Positions 26,610 through 39,128 of a DNA stretch of 64,000 nt are shown here, in pieces. The notes beneath the pieces were generated by a model. The model did not search any database and was not told the DNA's origin. It saw nothing but the letters and a program-made list of their open reading frames with translations. Every line of letters starts with the position of its first letter. Positions within the stretch are counted from its first letter, which is position 1. The position numbers and the translations under genes are program-made. The DNA comes from Tubulanus polymorphus. Its lineage: Eukaryota; Animalia; Nemertea. The stretch lies in NCBI RefSeq assembly GCF_964204645.1, contig NC_134030.1, forward strand, positions 20,482,210 to 20,546,209, written 5' to 3'.

Positions 26610-26930
26610 ATAGCGGGTCTGAATTGGTTTAGTCGGCACGAATTGGCAGTAATCAGATCCTGGGTACAAAGAGCTTACTTGAAAAATATAATTCTATTCG
26701 AGTTTCGACCAGTTTAAATGTATGTGGAATGAGCCTTTTAAACATAATTTCAGGATTTCAGGAATTGAGCTCCCGGACAGCCGAGTGTAACCCGATGGTT
26801 GTTTGGTCGCCCTTTTGTCGAACTTTGCGTTAAATGTATCGAGGTAATGGTAAATGGAACGATGTTATATGCCATAATTTGAAACCAGGAAGAAAGACAC
26901 TCTAAATATTTGGATGGATATATGAAAGCT
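26610..26930 (+). pseudogene. Decayed C-type lectin domain (two exon remnants)
   Basis: V*IGL....WQ*SD is a WIGL-like motif with Trp codons replaced by stops. The second remnant reads DFRN*APGQPS...ELCV/MYRGNGKWNDVIC...GWIYE, with a WND motif, a frameshift and stops. Confidence 0.7.
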
Positions 26931-27689
26931 GTGGGTACTGGAGTGTGTAATGGGTAGTGTAGTGTGATCTGTGTGCATTTTGGTGACCAGCACACAGATC
27001 TCATTGTTCATTGGGGTTTAGTTCAGGACTCGCGAGATTTTCAACAACACGGAAGTAACGTGTAATAAAGATGACTTGAATTGCATGACTACCTACCACC
27101 CCTCATTATTGTTGGAAAACTAAACGTTCCGCACTGACTAAAAATTAGTAATAACATTTTAGAAGTGGTCAGAATTTTAACTTTTCTCATTTTTATTTTA
27201 CAATTGCGATTGGTATAATTTTTTTTTTAAACGGCCGTTAAGGCTTCATGTTTCGTCTGCAATTCACTGCAAATAGTTACGCAACTACGCACATTTCAGT
27301 GTTTTTGGCAGCTGTACACTCAATCGGCACCGTTCGTGACTAGCTTCACTGCGGAATTATCATTAATTAACATCGCCATATCACATCATCAACTTATATT
27401 GTGCCTTAAAACCCTAACAGCCGAAATAATTGAAATACACACACGATTTCTATCATTGAAAATTGAGAGAATGGCAGTGTTTGTGTTCTGCTGCTTCGCG
27501 TAAATCCCGCGGGGCGGCACCACCGCGCGGTGGCGCCACCGCGCGGAGTGGGCCGATACGTCCAGCTATTTTTCGAAGGATTGTCAATAGAAATAACGGG
27601 TACGATATGAACATCTTGCAAGTTCACAAAAAATATTCTGTAGCGGCAATACAGTCGTCCTCTGACCTACGATAGACTTTTGAAGTTAA

Positions 27690-27920
27690 ATCAATGTTTT
27701 TACACTCTGACGATCTATTAATCGTTGTTGCTCGGTCGGATGATTGAACACAGTTAATATTATCCAGCGCACAACAGTCGCTACATTACCGATATTCATC
27801 CAGTATTCCTGTTCCGTCGATATGGACTGCGCGGCTACGTATAATCCTGGACTCGAGTCGATGGTATGATGAGGGACCTGCGATACAGCCTTTTTTTCTT
27901 GCACATCCGCGTTCACGCCT
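27690..27920 (-). mobile_element. Degenerate LINE reverse transcriptase fragment
   Basis: KKAVSQVPH...VRWI...QQRLIDRQS resembles the CR1/L2 pattern KAFDKVPH...WI...QRVVIDGQS. Confidence 0.4.
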
Positions 27921-27986
27921 CACCGAGAGCTCCGGTCAAATTGAACAATGCCTATTTTCACATTCATATGAATTATTTACCAATAT

Positions 27987-28169
27987 TAAGATAAAATCCC
28001 CTTAATTACAAATTAAAATAATTCTAAAATCGAGAATTTATTTATTGAAACAATCTAAAATATATGAACACGACGTTTCGATCTCACCCTAGAGATCATC
28101 GTCAGGTGAAAGAAATAAATTCTCGATTTTAGAATTCTTTTAATTTGTAAATAGTGGGTTTTTATCTTA
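27987..28169 (-). mobile_element. Short Penelope-derived element: hammerhead core (28071-28106) between ~57-bp inverted repeats
   Basis: Minus strand reads CTGACGA-t-gatctc(tagggt)gagatc-GAAAC. 27987-28043 and 28113-28169 are imperfect reverse complements. Confidence 0.7.
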
Positions 28170-28233
28170 TAATCTGTTCACCACGTTTGAGTGTACAGGT
28201 TATCGTACTATTTGCCAATATATTTTTATATAG

Positions 28234-28339
28234 TTAATCGTATTTACCAATCATTATCCAAATCTTCCCTATCAATTTCACCTGAGAGATGCGGAACATA
28301 ATGTTTTGTATCTGTCATACGAGCATTACTACTCTGCAG
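28234..28339 (+). CDS. Candidate upstream exon of gene A2 (LIVFTNHYPNLPYQFHLRDAEHNVLYLSYEHYYSA)
   Basis: Acceptor tttttatatag| and donor CAG|gtatgg. Open frame ending in phase 1, compatible with the next exon. No paralog is available to confirm it. Confidence 0.4.
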
Positions 28340-28584
28340 GTATGGCAGGGGACACTGATCCGTGCTAATCTGTAAAGTTTTCTCTGGGAGTTTGAAATCA
28401 AAATCTGAGGATGTTGAGTAACTGGTCTGTACTGGTCTGCATCGTGTTACTGCAGCTGGGAAACGTACACAATGCAGAATTGTCTGGAGTGAAGGGAAAG
28501 AGAAGTAAGTTATCCATATATATATAAAATCCTTCAAAAAAGTTTCAAATAACATGTAATCATTCGACAAACCATTCGTTTCAG

Positions 28585-28923
28585 GTGATCTACCATTCAT
28601 TGGCCCGTACCCTGCTCCCGATGGTAAGCCGGACAGGAGAAACCAAGGACAGAGGGTAGATTATTTCTGTAGAATTAGGGCTGGAAAGTCAGATACTACT
28701 TTGATATTTGAACAGAAGAGACGAGATTCTGAATCATGGGGACCAGTTCTTGGGCATATGCGATTTCACAGAGGTGTCACAGATGACGCATTCGTTTACG
28801 CTAAGTTAGAATTCAATGCAGATTCCAAACTTCACAATGGAACGAATTTTAGATGTCTTGTAAAGGAAAATCCTACAAATCCTGAACCTGCTCAGTTTGA
28901 TCGACTTGAAGTTCTTAATATCG
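28585..28923 (+). CDS. Gene A2 exon: Ig-like V domain
   Basis: 339 nt, phase 1-1. YFC...LIFEQKRRDSESWGPV...HNGTNFRCLVKENPTNP is paralogous to the B1 and B2 V exons. Confidence 0.85.
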
Positions 28924-29047
28924 GTAAGTAACAGTTGAAATGCGTCATTAGCAGTAGCCAACAACAAATGGTTCTTTGGGGTTCTTCAAAGAAGCTGTGA
29001 GTTTTGCGTGGTGGTGGTGGTGGCTTGTGAAGATTGCTACAGTAATC

Positions 29048-29210
29048 AGGGGCGGATCCAGAGGCCTAATTTGGATGTCTTGTCCCAAAATGGCACGTTA
29101 ATGTTCAAAGAGGCTATGTTAAGCGTATTCCCGCACTGAAATGCACAAAATGAACCAAAAAAATTTCATGGAATTTTACAAGTCTCATAAGTCCCCTTGG
29201 ATTCACTACT
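29048..29210. mobile_element. Degenerate MITE
   Basis: Imperfect TIRs: caggggcggatccag ... ttggattcactactg. Confidence 0.4.
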
Positions 29211-30709
29211 GGGAATAGCTTTGTCGACACAAGTCAGGATGGACTTATTGAATAAAGATAACATTAAAAAGAGACAATTGATAAGATCATTTTTTTATTG
29301 AATAAACTCATATGTGTTACGGATATAAGTGTTATGTAAGTTACGGATAAGAAAGCAGTGAAAGAAATAAGAAATGCGGTCAAATCAATAAGCGAAAAAC
29401 AAGAAATTAAAACCTGGGCGGCCGGGTCTGATCCATGACAGTTTTACTATTTTTCTTGACAATCTTACATCGACTTAACAGTTGGAATTTTACACTTAAT
29501 ACATCGTTTACATATAGGAAGAAGCAATTTTCGTCTCTTAAATATCTGGAGAAGGAATTTTCAATGCACTTTCGAAGATTTTATTCATCAATCAAATTTA
29601 TATATTCATAAAAGCTCGGATTATTCACCAATAATATCGGGAGATAGAATTGCTTCTTGGGATGTTATAGTATATACAGCATAGAAAAACATGGTATTCT
29701 TTTTCGATTTGGTTCGAGTTACAGCTACACAATAACGGTTTCCGCGTTGGATCTGTGGCCTGGTCCAATTTCTATCATTAGTTTGTGCCCCCCACGGCTG
29801 AATTTACTCGGACCCTTTACTTAACTAGTGACATTAATATTAATATCAAGAACCAACCAAATCGACAAAATTTTCAGTTTTAATTTTTGTGCTACGTTGT
29901 AAACCATTGATAATAGTTTTTTGGCCTTGTAGTTATATCAAATTTATATCACCCTTGCATATAATGCAACTAATAGGCGCTTTGCTTGGTTAATTATGTA
30001 TTTGTGCTATCGCTTTTGTTTCTTTTTTTGATAAAAAGATGAATGGTAAAAAAGATATCGAGGTATCTCTCGTAAATTCTGATAGATAAATGGAATAAAC
30101 GGCAAAAATAGCTACTTAGTCATTTTTAGATTGTGTATTCAAATGAGTCATTTAACAAAAAGCCCATTATACATCTATCATTATCCATACCTAGCACATT
30201 TAGCATATTTGCATTGTCTAACAATAGAAATGGAGAAGTTAGAGTAATGTATATATTCTTCCTCAAACTTCCTCATTCTCCCAATCGATAACAGTTTATC
30301 GCCGCTTGATTCTCCGTAAATAGTTGCGACTGTTATGACTTGGTTAAAACAGTTTTTGACACTGACGAAATTCAACAAAACAGGGTGAGGTCTTATGTCT
30401 GCCGGCTTGAATACCGAGCCCCAAAATAGTCCGTGAATACGTTATAAAAAAAAACCTCGAGAATCTACCTATGATAAAGATGATTATTAAATAATAATAA
30501 ACGTCTTGTAAAGCGCTAAATCCAGCTTCACATAAAATCATCATCAAAGAGGAAATATTTAAGTTGACGGCTCAACTCGAGAACAGGTAAAAGTAGATTT
30601 GCGGGCTCATCATTTCATCGAGAAAAGAATTACTACGCGCTGATCGATAGAAGGTGAAGTAAATTTCAGAAGACGACAATCGGAAGTCGGCAATCAGAAA
30701 CCTGAAAAC

Positions 30710-30930
30710 AGATGCTGCAATTGTGAGGGTGATATAGATGCTGCGATTGTGTGGGTGATATAGATGATGTGATTGTGAGGGTGATATAGATGCTGCGATT
30801 GTGAGGGTGATATAGATGCTGCGATTGTGTGGGTGATATAGATGATGTGATTGTGAGGGTGATATAGATGCTGCGATTGTGAGGGTGACATAGATGATGT
30901 GATTGTGAGGGTGAAATAGATGCTGTGATT
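30710..30930. repeat. 26-bp minisatellite flanked by a short inverted repeat
   Basis: Unit gatatagatgctgcgattgtgagggt; flanks tcggcaatcagaaac and gtttctgattgccga. Confidence 0.9.
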
Positions 30931-31624
30931 TTGATTACAATTTAGTTTCTGATTGCCGATTGCCGATTTTCGATGTGAGAACTGGTCGACTATCAGGTTT
31001 CTGTCCGGACCACTCACTTCACTTAAGAGAATCCTCCACGATGGAACTATTTTCACCTATTCTGAAGTTGAACCGAAAAATGGAATAAACACCATCAGGA
31101 AAAATAAATTGTCACCTTTCTAACGATTCATAAGGTTAAATTGTGTGCCAAAAGAGGGATGGATGACAATTAATCGCGCTAGAGGTTTTAGTTAAGGAAA
31201 TGTTAAAATCTAATCAACAATGCGGGACCTGTGGGACCGCCTCAAAATTGCGCCAGGTAACTGGAAACTTCCCTATACAATAAAGTACAGGGAGTGATTA
31301 ATGTATATTTTCTTATTTCACTAACTAGACGGGCTGCCGTGTTTTGTACTCGCTGGTGAAATTTTATTCAGTACTTTGGCAGTCCAGCGAGAAGAAATGT
31401 AGACTATTAAGAGCACGCACATGTTGATTGGCTAACATGTTCTATTTCTATCAACTAGTCGAGACTAGAATTGTGTCGAGGAAAATCGAGCAACTCTTTC
31501 GTTCAGCAGACGCATAACTCACTTCAAAATAAGTGTGCTCGACTGCGATTTGCTCGATTCCGCGACGAAAAATCGTTTGTGTGAACCTAGCATGCAAAAC
31601 TAAAGGCGGGTAGTGCCGAGTGCC

Positions 31625-31920
31625 TGCACAAATTCTTGTGATATGAACATATATATATTGACAGAATTTACCAATGTTGCGAATGTGAAAATTTGCAGAC
31701 CTCACACAGCGTCTTTATATGTAGTTGGAATTCAAAATGATTCCTAAATATTTTCACCGATGAGGAAAAGGAAATATTAGTATCGATAATTCTAATATTA
31801 GGGAGCTGGGACTGGAGCATCAGTTTAAAGCACCATTACATTTGGGAATTGTATTACGAATTATCTACGAGCCAAGTATTTACAATATCAGATGCCTTTG
31901 AACAAGCAGAAACCATTTGA
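31625..31920 (-). mobile_element. Degenerate L2/CR1-like LINE fragment
   Basis: RSANFHIRNIGKFCQYI resembles the motif that follows the RT domain in L2/CR1-group ORF2. Confidence 0.5.
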
Positions 31921-32363
31921 AAGGCAATGTACACAAATAGTTAGATAAGATGATGATAGGTTTGACACAATTTTGAAGAAAAAAAAAAATTGTTGGAGTC
32001 CAAAGTTTGCTTGGTGAGTAAGGGTCTCAGAATATAAAGTTTAAACTGTGATTGAACAATACCACATTCGAGAGAAAAATTTACGACTTTAGAGGCCAGA
32101 GTTTAGAGGCTAGAGTAAAAGCGAGACATTTGCTGGGAGACATTTCTGTAAAAGCCTAGATGGAAATGGGTCGAGCAGTTCGTTTTTCAAAAAGCGACAG
32201 GTTCTATTTTTGGTTAATACCTATTTTGCTTATTGGTTTTGCTACTTTTTATACTTTGAAAAAAATACGGTTACTTCAAACTATAAAATGTTCAATCTTA
32301 CACACGTCTGCAAACTAATCAAACACGCTGAAAGTTAATTCTGCAAGTTGTATTTTGTTTCAG

Positions 32364-32389
32364 ATCATTCAACTTTGAATCCCTCATTG
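32364..32389 (+). CDS. Gene A2 micro-exon DHSTLNPSL
   Basis: 26 nt, tttcag| ... |gtgagt. It converts phase 1 to phase 0 exactly as needed to join the V exon to the stalk/TM exon. Confidence 0.7.
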
Positions 32390-32688
32390 GTGAGTATCTG
32401 GGAATAAGCCTGAGTCAAATTGAACCCGCACAACTGTTGAACTGGATTCAAAGTCAAATTAAATCCACTTTGTGGAACTGGATCCAAGTCAAATTAAACC
32501 CACACAACTGTGGAACTGGGTCCGGATTCAAATTAAACCTACACAATTGTGGAATATGGTCCAGAACTAAGTTAAACCCGCTCAACTGGGTTCGGTATCG
32601 AATAAGGATGGGCTTAATCAAATTGAATTCATGATAATCAATTGATCATTTAAAATCGTATTCTCAGATTTTTGTTTATGTTCAATAG

Positions 32689-32942
32689 AGTGACTACATC
32701 AATCAGACTACATTGGGTCCCAGTAACCGGGTCGCACCTGACCAGATCACTGCTCGGACTACAAGTGACCAGATCACAACTGATCGGACTACGACTGACC
32801 AGACTACTGCTGATCAGACTGCAACTGACCAGATTCCAACTGATCGGTCTACATCCGACTGGACCAATGTGATACTGTACATCACCAGCGGAGTAACTGG
32901 ATGTATTTTAATCATCATCATGGCTGAAATCATCATGCGCAG
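32689..32942 (+). CDS. Gene A2 exon: Thr-rich stalk (15-bp repeat, DQxTT-like) and TM helix VILYITSGVTGCILIIIMAEIIMRR
   Basis: Phase 0-2. The donor AG|gtatga matches the phase-2 acceptor of the tail exon. Confidence 0.82.
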
Positions 32943-33069
32943 GTATGAATGCAGGTTATTCAGAAAATTCTGCACGATTCCCCAGTGTAAGGATCTATTA
33001 CTTTTCACCGTCGAAAACGTGTCCATTGAGTCCCTGTTACCATCGTCATGTAAATTTCCAATATCGTCT

Positions 33070-33240
33070 AAAGCGTCTTCGAAAACTTAAAAAGTATGCA
33101 AAAGGTCGATTTTGCTGAAAAACACTGGCCTCCAGTCGGCCATCTAGATTTCGATCGGGCCAGTCTTGGGTAGATTCATATCATAAATCATACAGCAAAA
33201 TCGACCTTTTGCACACTTTATAAGTTTTCGAAGACGCTTT
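33070..33240. mobile_element. MITE-like hairpin with ~48-bp TIRs
   Basis: aaagcgtcttcgaaaactta...gattttgctg pairs with cagcaaaatcg...taagttttcgaagacgcttt. Confidence 0.7.
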
Positions 33241-34827
33241 GATCAGGAAACAAGATGGTTTGTCATAAAATCAAAATTTGAAATGGGTTTGGGAAGAAAT
33301 ATCTAGCATCAAATGTTTATTTGTCAACAGGTTTTAATTTGTATTGTTGAAATTTGATAACTGTTAGCATTCATTGGACACATCTCCTCATAGCGAATTT
33401 TGTTCTTACCACCATCAATTAAATATTGAAATGTATTGAATACGTTCACTAGGCTAACGTTCACTGGGGGTGTTGAATTGTCGAGTAACATATTAGTTTC
33501 CATTCATATTGATATGAATTTCGTAACTGCATTTAATTGGACGGTTTGTAGCTTTAGCGTTAATCTTTCTACTTACGAGTCGTTTCGGGAACTAACTCGA
33601 TATAGATGACGACGACTATGACATTTCAGTTGAAGACGACTTTATTCTGCACTTTGCATGTGTCTGAATTTCATGCAGACTCCAAGGCTGACTTTGCGAG
33701 AATGCCCGTATCTAACGATTCTTCTGAATCTTAGTTTGAAGTTAAACATAATATTGGTTACAAACAGAACAAACAGAGGGACATGTGACAGACTGGCAGG
33801 TGACAGGTGTCAAACTGGTCATTGTTTCATACAATGAGGACGGATTAATGAATTACTAAACAAACAAATGAGCAGATACTAATAGTTAAGATGAAATACT
33901 AATACTTAAGATACAATAATATCAAAGTAGAAATGGCTTTGTTATATTCTCCCTTACTACATTTGGAAAGTAAAAGAAATATAATAAGTGGAATATGGAG
34001 ACTGCTTGCTAAATATATGAAAGAGACTAGATATGACATTTAATTGATAAGAAAATTGAAGGAATTAAAATTAAGCAAATAATGTAATTGTTTTGTTATA
34101 TAGCTATTCGCATATTTTATGATTGCGGTGACTTTTAAAGCGATTGATCTTTGTATATGTTGACCAGGGGGATGTTATTGTGCTGTTTTCCTTAGGCTAG
34201 GTCTGGTGGCCAGTATGGCCAACTGGACACGATACTACAAGCACGAACTCTGGTATAGAATTGGTATATAATAATAATATTTTGCAGTTTGGCTACGTAT
34301 AGTATAGTACAGTCATTGTTATTGAACTACGTTACAGAAAAATTAGTCAACTATATAAAGCAGTTACAACTGTGTATAATACATTATACATGAACATCTC
34401 AGAGTACATAAAATCTTGGAGTAATCATTTGACAAATCAAATGATTACTTCCAAGATAAAAATCCTCAACAGTTATACATGATAGAGCAGGAGACAGTGT
34501 CGTTACTATAGTCGACTGGAAAGATTCCAGACTAAGGATGAGAGCTAGCTATTTATCCAGAGCACCCATCCAGAACTATTATTGTTCTAATTTGCAATCG
34601 TATAAAAATCATGGCCTAAATTATTTCAAGAACTACCCTGCATTACGGACGATATCAAGATCTAGGTTTCATACTTATAAAATAGTTAATTTACGCATTT
34701 GGACATGTTGAATTATATATAGCATGACATATTTGTATCATCCGAAATATGATCTCATTTCACTTTTTCGATCGAAGCTCCTTGAAATTGCTTGTTATTC
34801 TATCCGAGAATGAATTTCCCATTTCAG

Positions 34828-35431
34828 ATGCAATCGACCGTCCGGTGAAGGTCATGTGGATACTTCAACACCACAGCAACAAGTTGATGACACAGCAAAC
34901 GATATGTTAAGTATCTACGAAGAGCTTGATGACGACAGTGATTCCGATAATGTTTCAAATCCAGTTAGAAATATAGAAACTGGATTACTACATAACATGC
35001 CAATTCACAAGGACATCGAAGCCGGGGCAGATACAACTGCATATATGGATATGGAAGCCGGGAAGGGCAAAGATACAACTCCTTACATGGATATGGAAGC
35101 CGGGAAGGGCAAAGATACAACTCCGTACATGGATATGGGAGCCGGGATAGAAGAGGACACATACATGAGCACTGAAGGCGCGATACGCGATGATACAACC
35201 CCTGTCCCTAGCGCTGAGGGAGACAAAGATGCAGATCAATACATGAATCCTGAAGCTTTGGAGACGACGTATCTTCAGTTGACGGAAGATACCGATGAAC
35301 CTGTGGAAGATGATGTTGAACTTTATTCTTATGCTACTGTTGAATACAAAGCTCCTTACATGAATATGGAAGCCGCGAAGGGCATAGATACAACTCCTTA
35401 CATTGATATGGAAGCCGAGAAGAAAGAATAA
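34828..35431 (+). CDS. Gene A2 terminal exon: acidic tyrosine-rich cytoplasmic tail (5 YxxM plus YEEL, YMST, YMNP, YLQL, YSYATV)
   Basis: Acceptor atttcag|A, phase 2, open to TAA. Paralog of 431-845 with 63 extra aa. Confidence 0.87.
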
Positions 35432-37173
35432 CTGTAAGAGTAAAACAAACAGACTTCCTAGGTCTAACGATACATGAAAATCTCAATTGGAAACCACACA
35501 TTGAAAAAATACACAAAAAATATCTCTCCGATCACTGGAATAATCAACAAAACGAAGAACATACTTGACTATCAACAACTTCTTACACTCTACTATACTC
35601 GTCATATATCCGCACTTAACCTACGTTTGACTAGCATGGAATCACTCACAACACAACAACAAATGCCAACTCGTTCAGACGAAAATTGTCAGAATCATAA
35701 TCAAATTATACTGCCCACTCTGATCCTCTATTCAAAAAGTTAAACATACTCAAAATAAACGACATCCTCATATAAAAACCACCCTATTCATCCATCAAAT
35801 TCTACTATCATTACCACATTATATTAAAAAACATGTTCGCCATTGAAAAAAACCACTATCGAAACATACAAAAACATTCTCAACATGATCACACACATTG
35901 TCTACCTGTAAATCATTATTACGTTATGCTTTTCTTTGAAATAAATTGAAATTGAAAGATGCAACTATATACATGATACGGAATCCGGGAATTGCAAAGA
36001 TAATACATGACGGAAGCCGACAAGGCGGTGAGTTCAAAGAAAGATGATATTGAACTTGATCTTGCGATCTTCTGGAAATTTGATTTGCTATAACAATATA
36101 TAATCAACGTGTTTTAAACAAGAAACATAATTACAATAACAAGAAAATTAATTTTACTAAATTATTTAGCCAGTATGGTAGATATGTTTAGATATACACT
36201 GTACGGTCGAATTCAAGATGACCCCCAGATGACTCCCTGACACGTTTTATATCAAGGAAATGAGATATCTAGAGGATTCAGAGGATCAGCATTGAGGAAA
36301 CCCAAAGAAACCAAACAACTGAGAAGTGATTACGAAATCAGCGAAAATTGAGCGATTTTCACTTTTTTGAGACCCTGAGAATTTTTTTAAATTTCTGACC
36401 CCCCAAAGAATAAAATGACTGCCCTGGATGGTTTTCTTGTTGTCCTATGATATTATGAAAGAAAATAGCTATTTACTATTTTATTTGTATAAGATTCTGG
36501 CTTCTAAAGTGCAATACAAAGACTTTTTTGGTTGCGTGACCTCAACTTGACTTCAGGTTTTGGGAGGTCCTACCTTGCACCCGTAGGTCCAAACTTTTTA
36601 TAACTAACATTTTCTGGTAGAGATACCTATTAAAGGCCAAAATTAATTCCCCACATTGAATGGATAATGAAGAAATATATTCCCAGCGGAAGAGATTTAT
36701 ACATCTAACAATAAATATCAACAATAATGGTAGAAATAGGAACAAGAAATAAGTTTATGATACTAGCGGGTTGTAACATAGTAATTACCAATGTACATGA
36801 ATACATAACAATTTTCTTCACGTTTTTTCTTTCATATAAAGATTTTTTGTTGTCCTTCTAAAACCTGTAATGGGTTTGAGTGTAATTAAAATGAATGAAT
36901 AAATAAATGAATAAGCTAACTTATCTTATCTTATCTTAGCTATAATTCATAGTGCGCGTAATATACTATTGAATATACTTCTATATAATTGATACCTTGT
37001 TTCTCCGCTCTGCTGAGCTTAAATGTTGACCCGGCCGGCCGCCTATCTACCCTATACATTACTTTTTTTTGCGCGTTTTCCTTGATGATGAAAAATAAAA
37101 CATTGCCATGTCCCGAATCAGCCATCGTACATTCACCTCGTCACGTGGGTTTGCGGGCTTCACTGCATCACAA

Positions 37174-37316
37174 TTAATTATACAAAAGAAATACAAAGAG
37201 TCCACCGAATGCACCACCAGCAACATTAACTCCATTACCAGATCCTCCGTTAGTATTAACTCCAATAGCATTAACTGCATTTGTATTGGTATCATAGGTA
37301 TTGACATTGTTTTTCC
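37174..37316 (-). CDS. Gene B2 terminal exon: Asn/Gly-rich spacer and short hydrophobic end ...GGSGNGVNVAGGAFGGLFVFLLYN*
   Basis: Phase-1 acceptor. The four B2 exons sum to 774 nt (257 aa). Homologous to the B1 exon at 2438-2541. Confidence 0.7.
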
Positions 37317-37629
37317 CTTCGAAAAAAATGCAAAATAAACAAAATGACATAAAAAATAAGGATAGAAATATTAAGCTGAAACAACCAACAAACTTTCAAC
37401 ATCAGTATCTCATTATTAAGTCTACATTACGAGTTGGCAAACACGGACTGGCTTTTACTCAGGTTTGCTATTAGTAACTTTAAATTTCGGATGCATGTCA
37501 CCACATCCAGTACTTTTGACAGACATTTATCGAAGTCATTTTGTTATGAATGGTTGTTAATTCTGTTAGATATAGCGAGTATACTCGAAGCGAATGCAAA
37601 TTTTATTCCCAGTAATAAATGAAACTAAC

Positions 37630-37857
37630 CTGGTTCATCATATCGACCGAGATCACGATGGCGAATGTCAATGAAGCGTTTACCATTCAGCAGACACCTC
37701 CCTCTATAGTCAGTTGTGATACTGTTCACTATCGGTACCGAAACCATCCATTTGTCGTTTGATTGTTTCCAAACATTGGCTGGAGGGTCACATGTTAGTT
37801 GATTAGCCTCTGCATTCCTAGTTATGGATACATTATGGTACCGAGCTGTTGCAAGGT
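37630..37857 (-). CDS. Gene B2 exon 3: short Ig-like domain D
   Basis: 228 nt, phase 1-1, ttacag| ... |gttagt, open frame. Not present in the ORF track. Confidence 0.82.
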
Positions 37858-38328
37858 CTGTAAGGAAAAATAAAATAAAAAACTAAGAATTAATCCTATT
37901 GTCTATGCTGGCTGATTCGGGCCATGTAAATTTTTTTTTTCGTTCTCCACGAAAACGCACAAAAACAAATATGACCGCGCAAAAACAAATATTACCGCGC
38001 AAAAACAAACTTTTAACGCGCAAAAACGAAATAATCCGTTTTTGCGCGCTGAAAGTTTGTTTTTGCGCGGGCGACCAGCTTTGAATGACCAGCTGACTGG
38101 ACGACCGGCCGACTGGATGACTCTGATCGGAGGACTGGTCGACTGGCCGACTGGATGACTCGATGACTCGATGACTGAATGACCGTGGTGACCGGCCGAC
38201 AAGATGACTGGGTGACTGGGTGATCGGAGGACCGGTCGACTGGTCGAATGAGCAAGTAGGCATTTGTGTTATAGCCAGTTATTCAGTAATAAAGTGTCAT
38301 TGATCACTTAAGTGGATTCTGGCACTTA

Positions 38329-38543
<215 letters not shown>

Positions 38544-38795
38544 GCCATGGAAAGTTCCAGACCTGTTGCACCTGGAGTTGTTGAATTCGTCCAAACAATA
38601 ACTGTTAGTTTGGATAAAACGATCAAGTTTCTTCAGGAGAACAATATAATTCGAAGCAGCTGTCACTGCATTTACTGAATATGTTCCTACACCCTTGCAC
38701 TATTACTCCGTATTCTACACTTGGGCCGTTCTAAGCGCGATAGAGTAAGTTATTTGTAAAGGGTCAATGCTACGAATTTCAGTTTAGTTACTTAC

Positions 38796-39128
38796 TATGA
38801 ACTTCAATCGGATCAAACTGAAGAGGTTTCGGATTTGTAGGATTTTCCTTTACAAGACATCTAAAAGTCGTTCCATTGTGAAATTTGGAATCCGCCTTGA
38901 ATTTCAGATTAGCGAAAACAAGTCCGCTCTCTGTGACATATGTGTGAAGTCGAATATGCCCAAGAACTGGTCCCCATGATTCTAAACCTCGTCTCTTCTG
39001 TTCAAAAATCAGCGTAGTCGTCGATTTCCCAACCATCGTTCTGCAAAGGTATCGTGTCTCGAACCCCTCGAATCTTATGTCCGGCCGTCCAATGGGACCC
39101 CGATAAGTATCGATATAATAAGGAAATT
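38796..39128 (-). CDS. Gene B2 exon 2: Ig-like V domain
   Basis: 333 nt, phase 1-1, tttcag| ... |gtaagt. Confidence 0.85.

Noticed and set aside
28585-35431. Assigning a known gene symbol (CD28, Alr, FREP/CREP, VCBP, nectin, hemicentin)
   Set aside because: The similarity is architectural or motif-level only, and I recognise no sequence orthology.
37059-37307. Hydrophobic 82-aa ORF as the B2 TM exon
   Set aside because: It is the wrong frame for the phase-1 junction. The frame homologous to the B1 terminal exon (NVAGGAF) ends at 37174.
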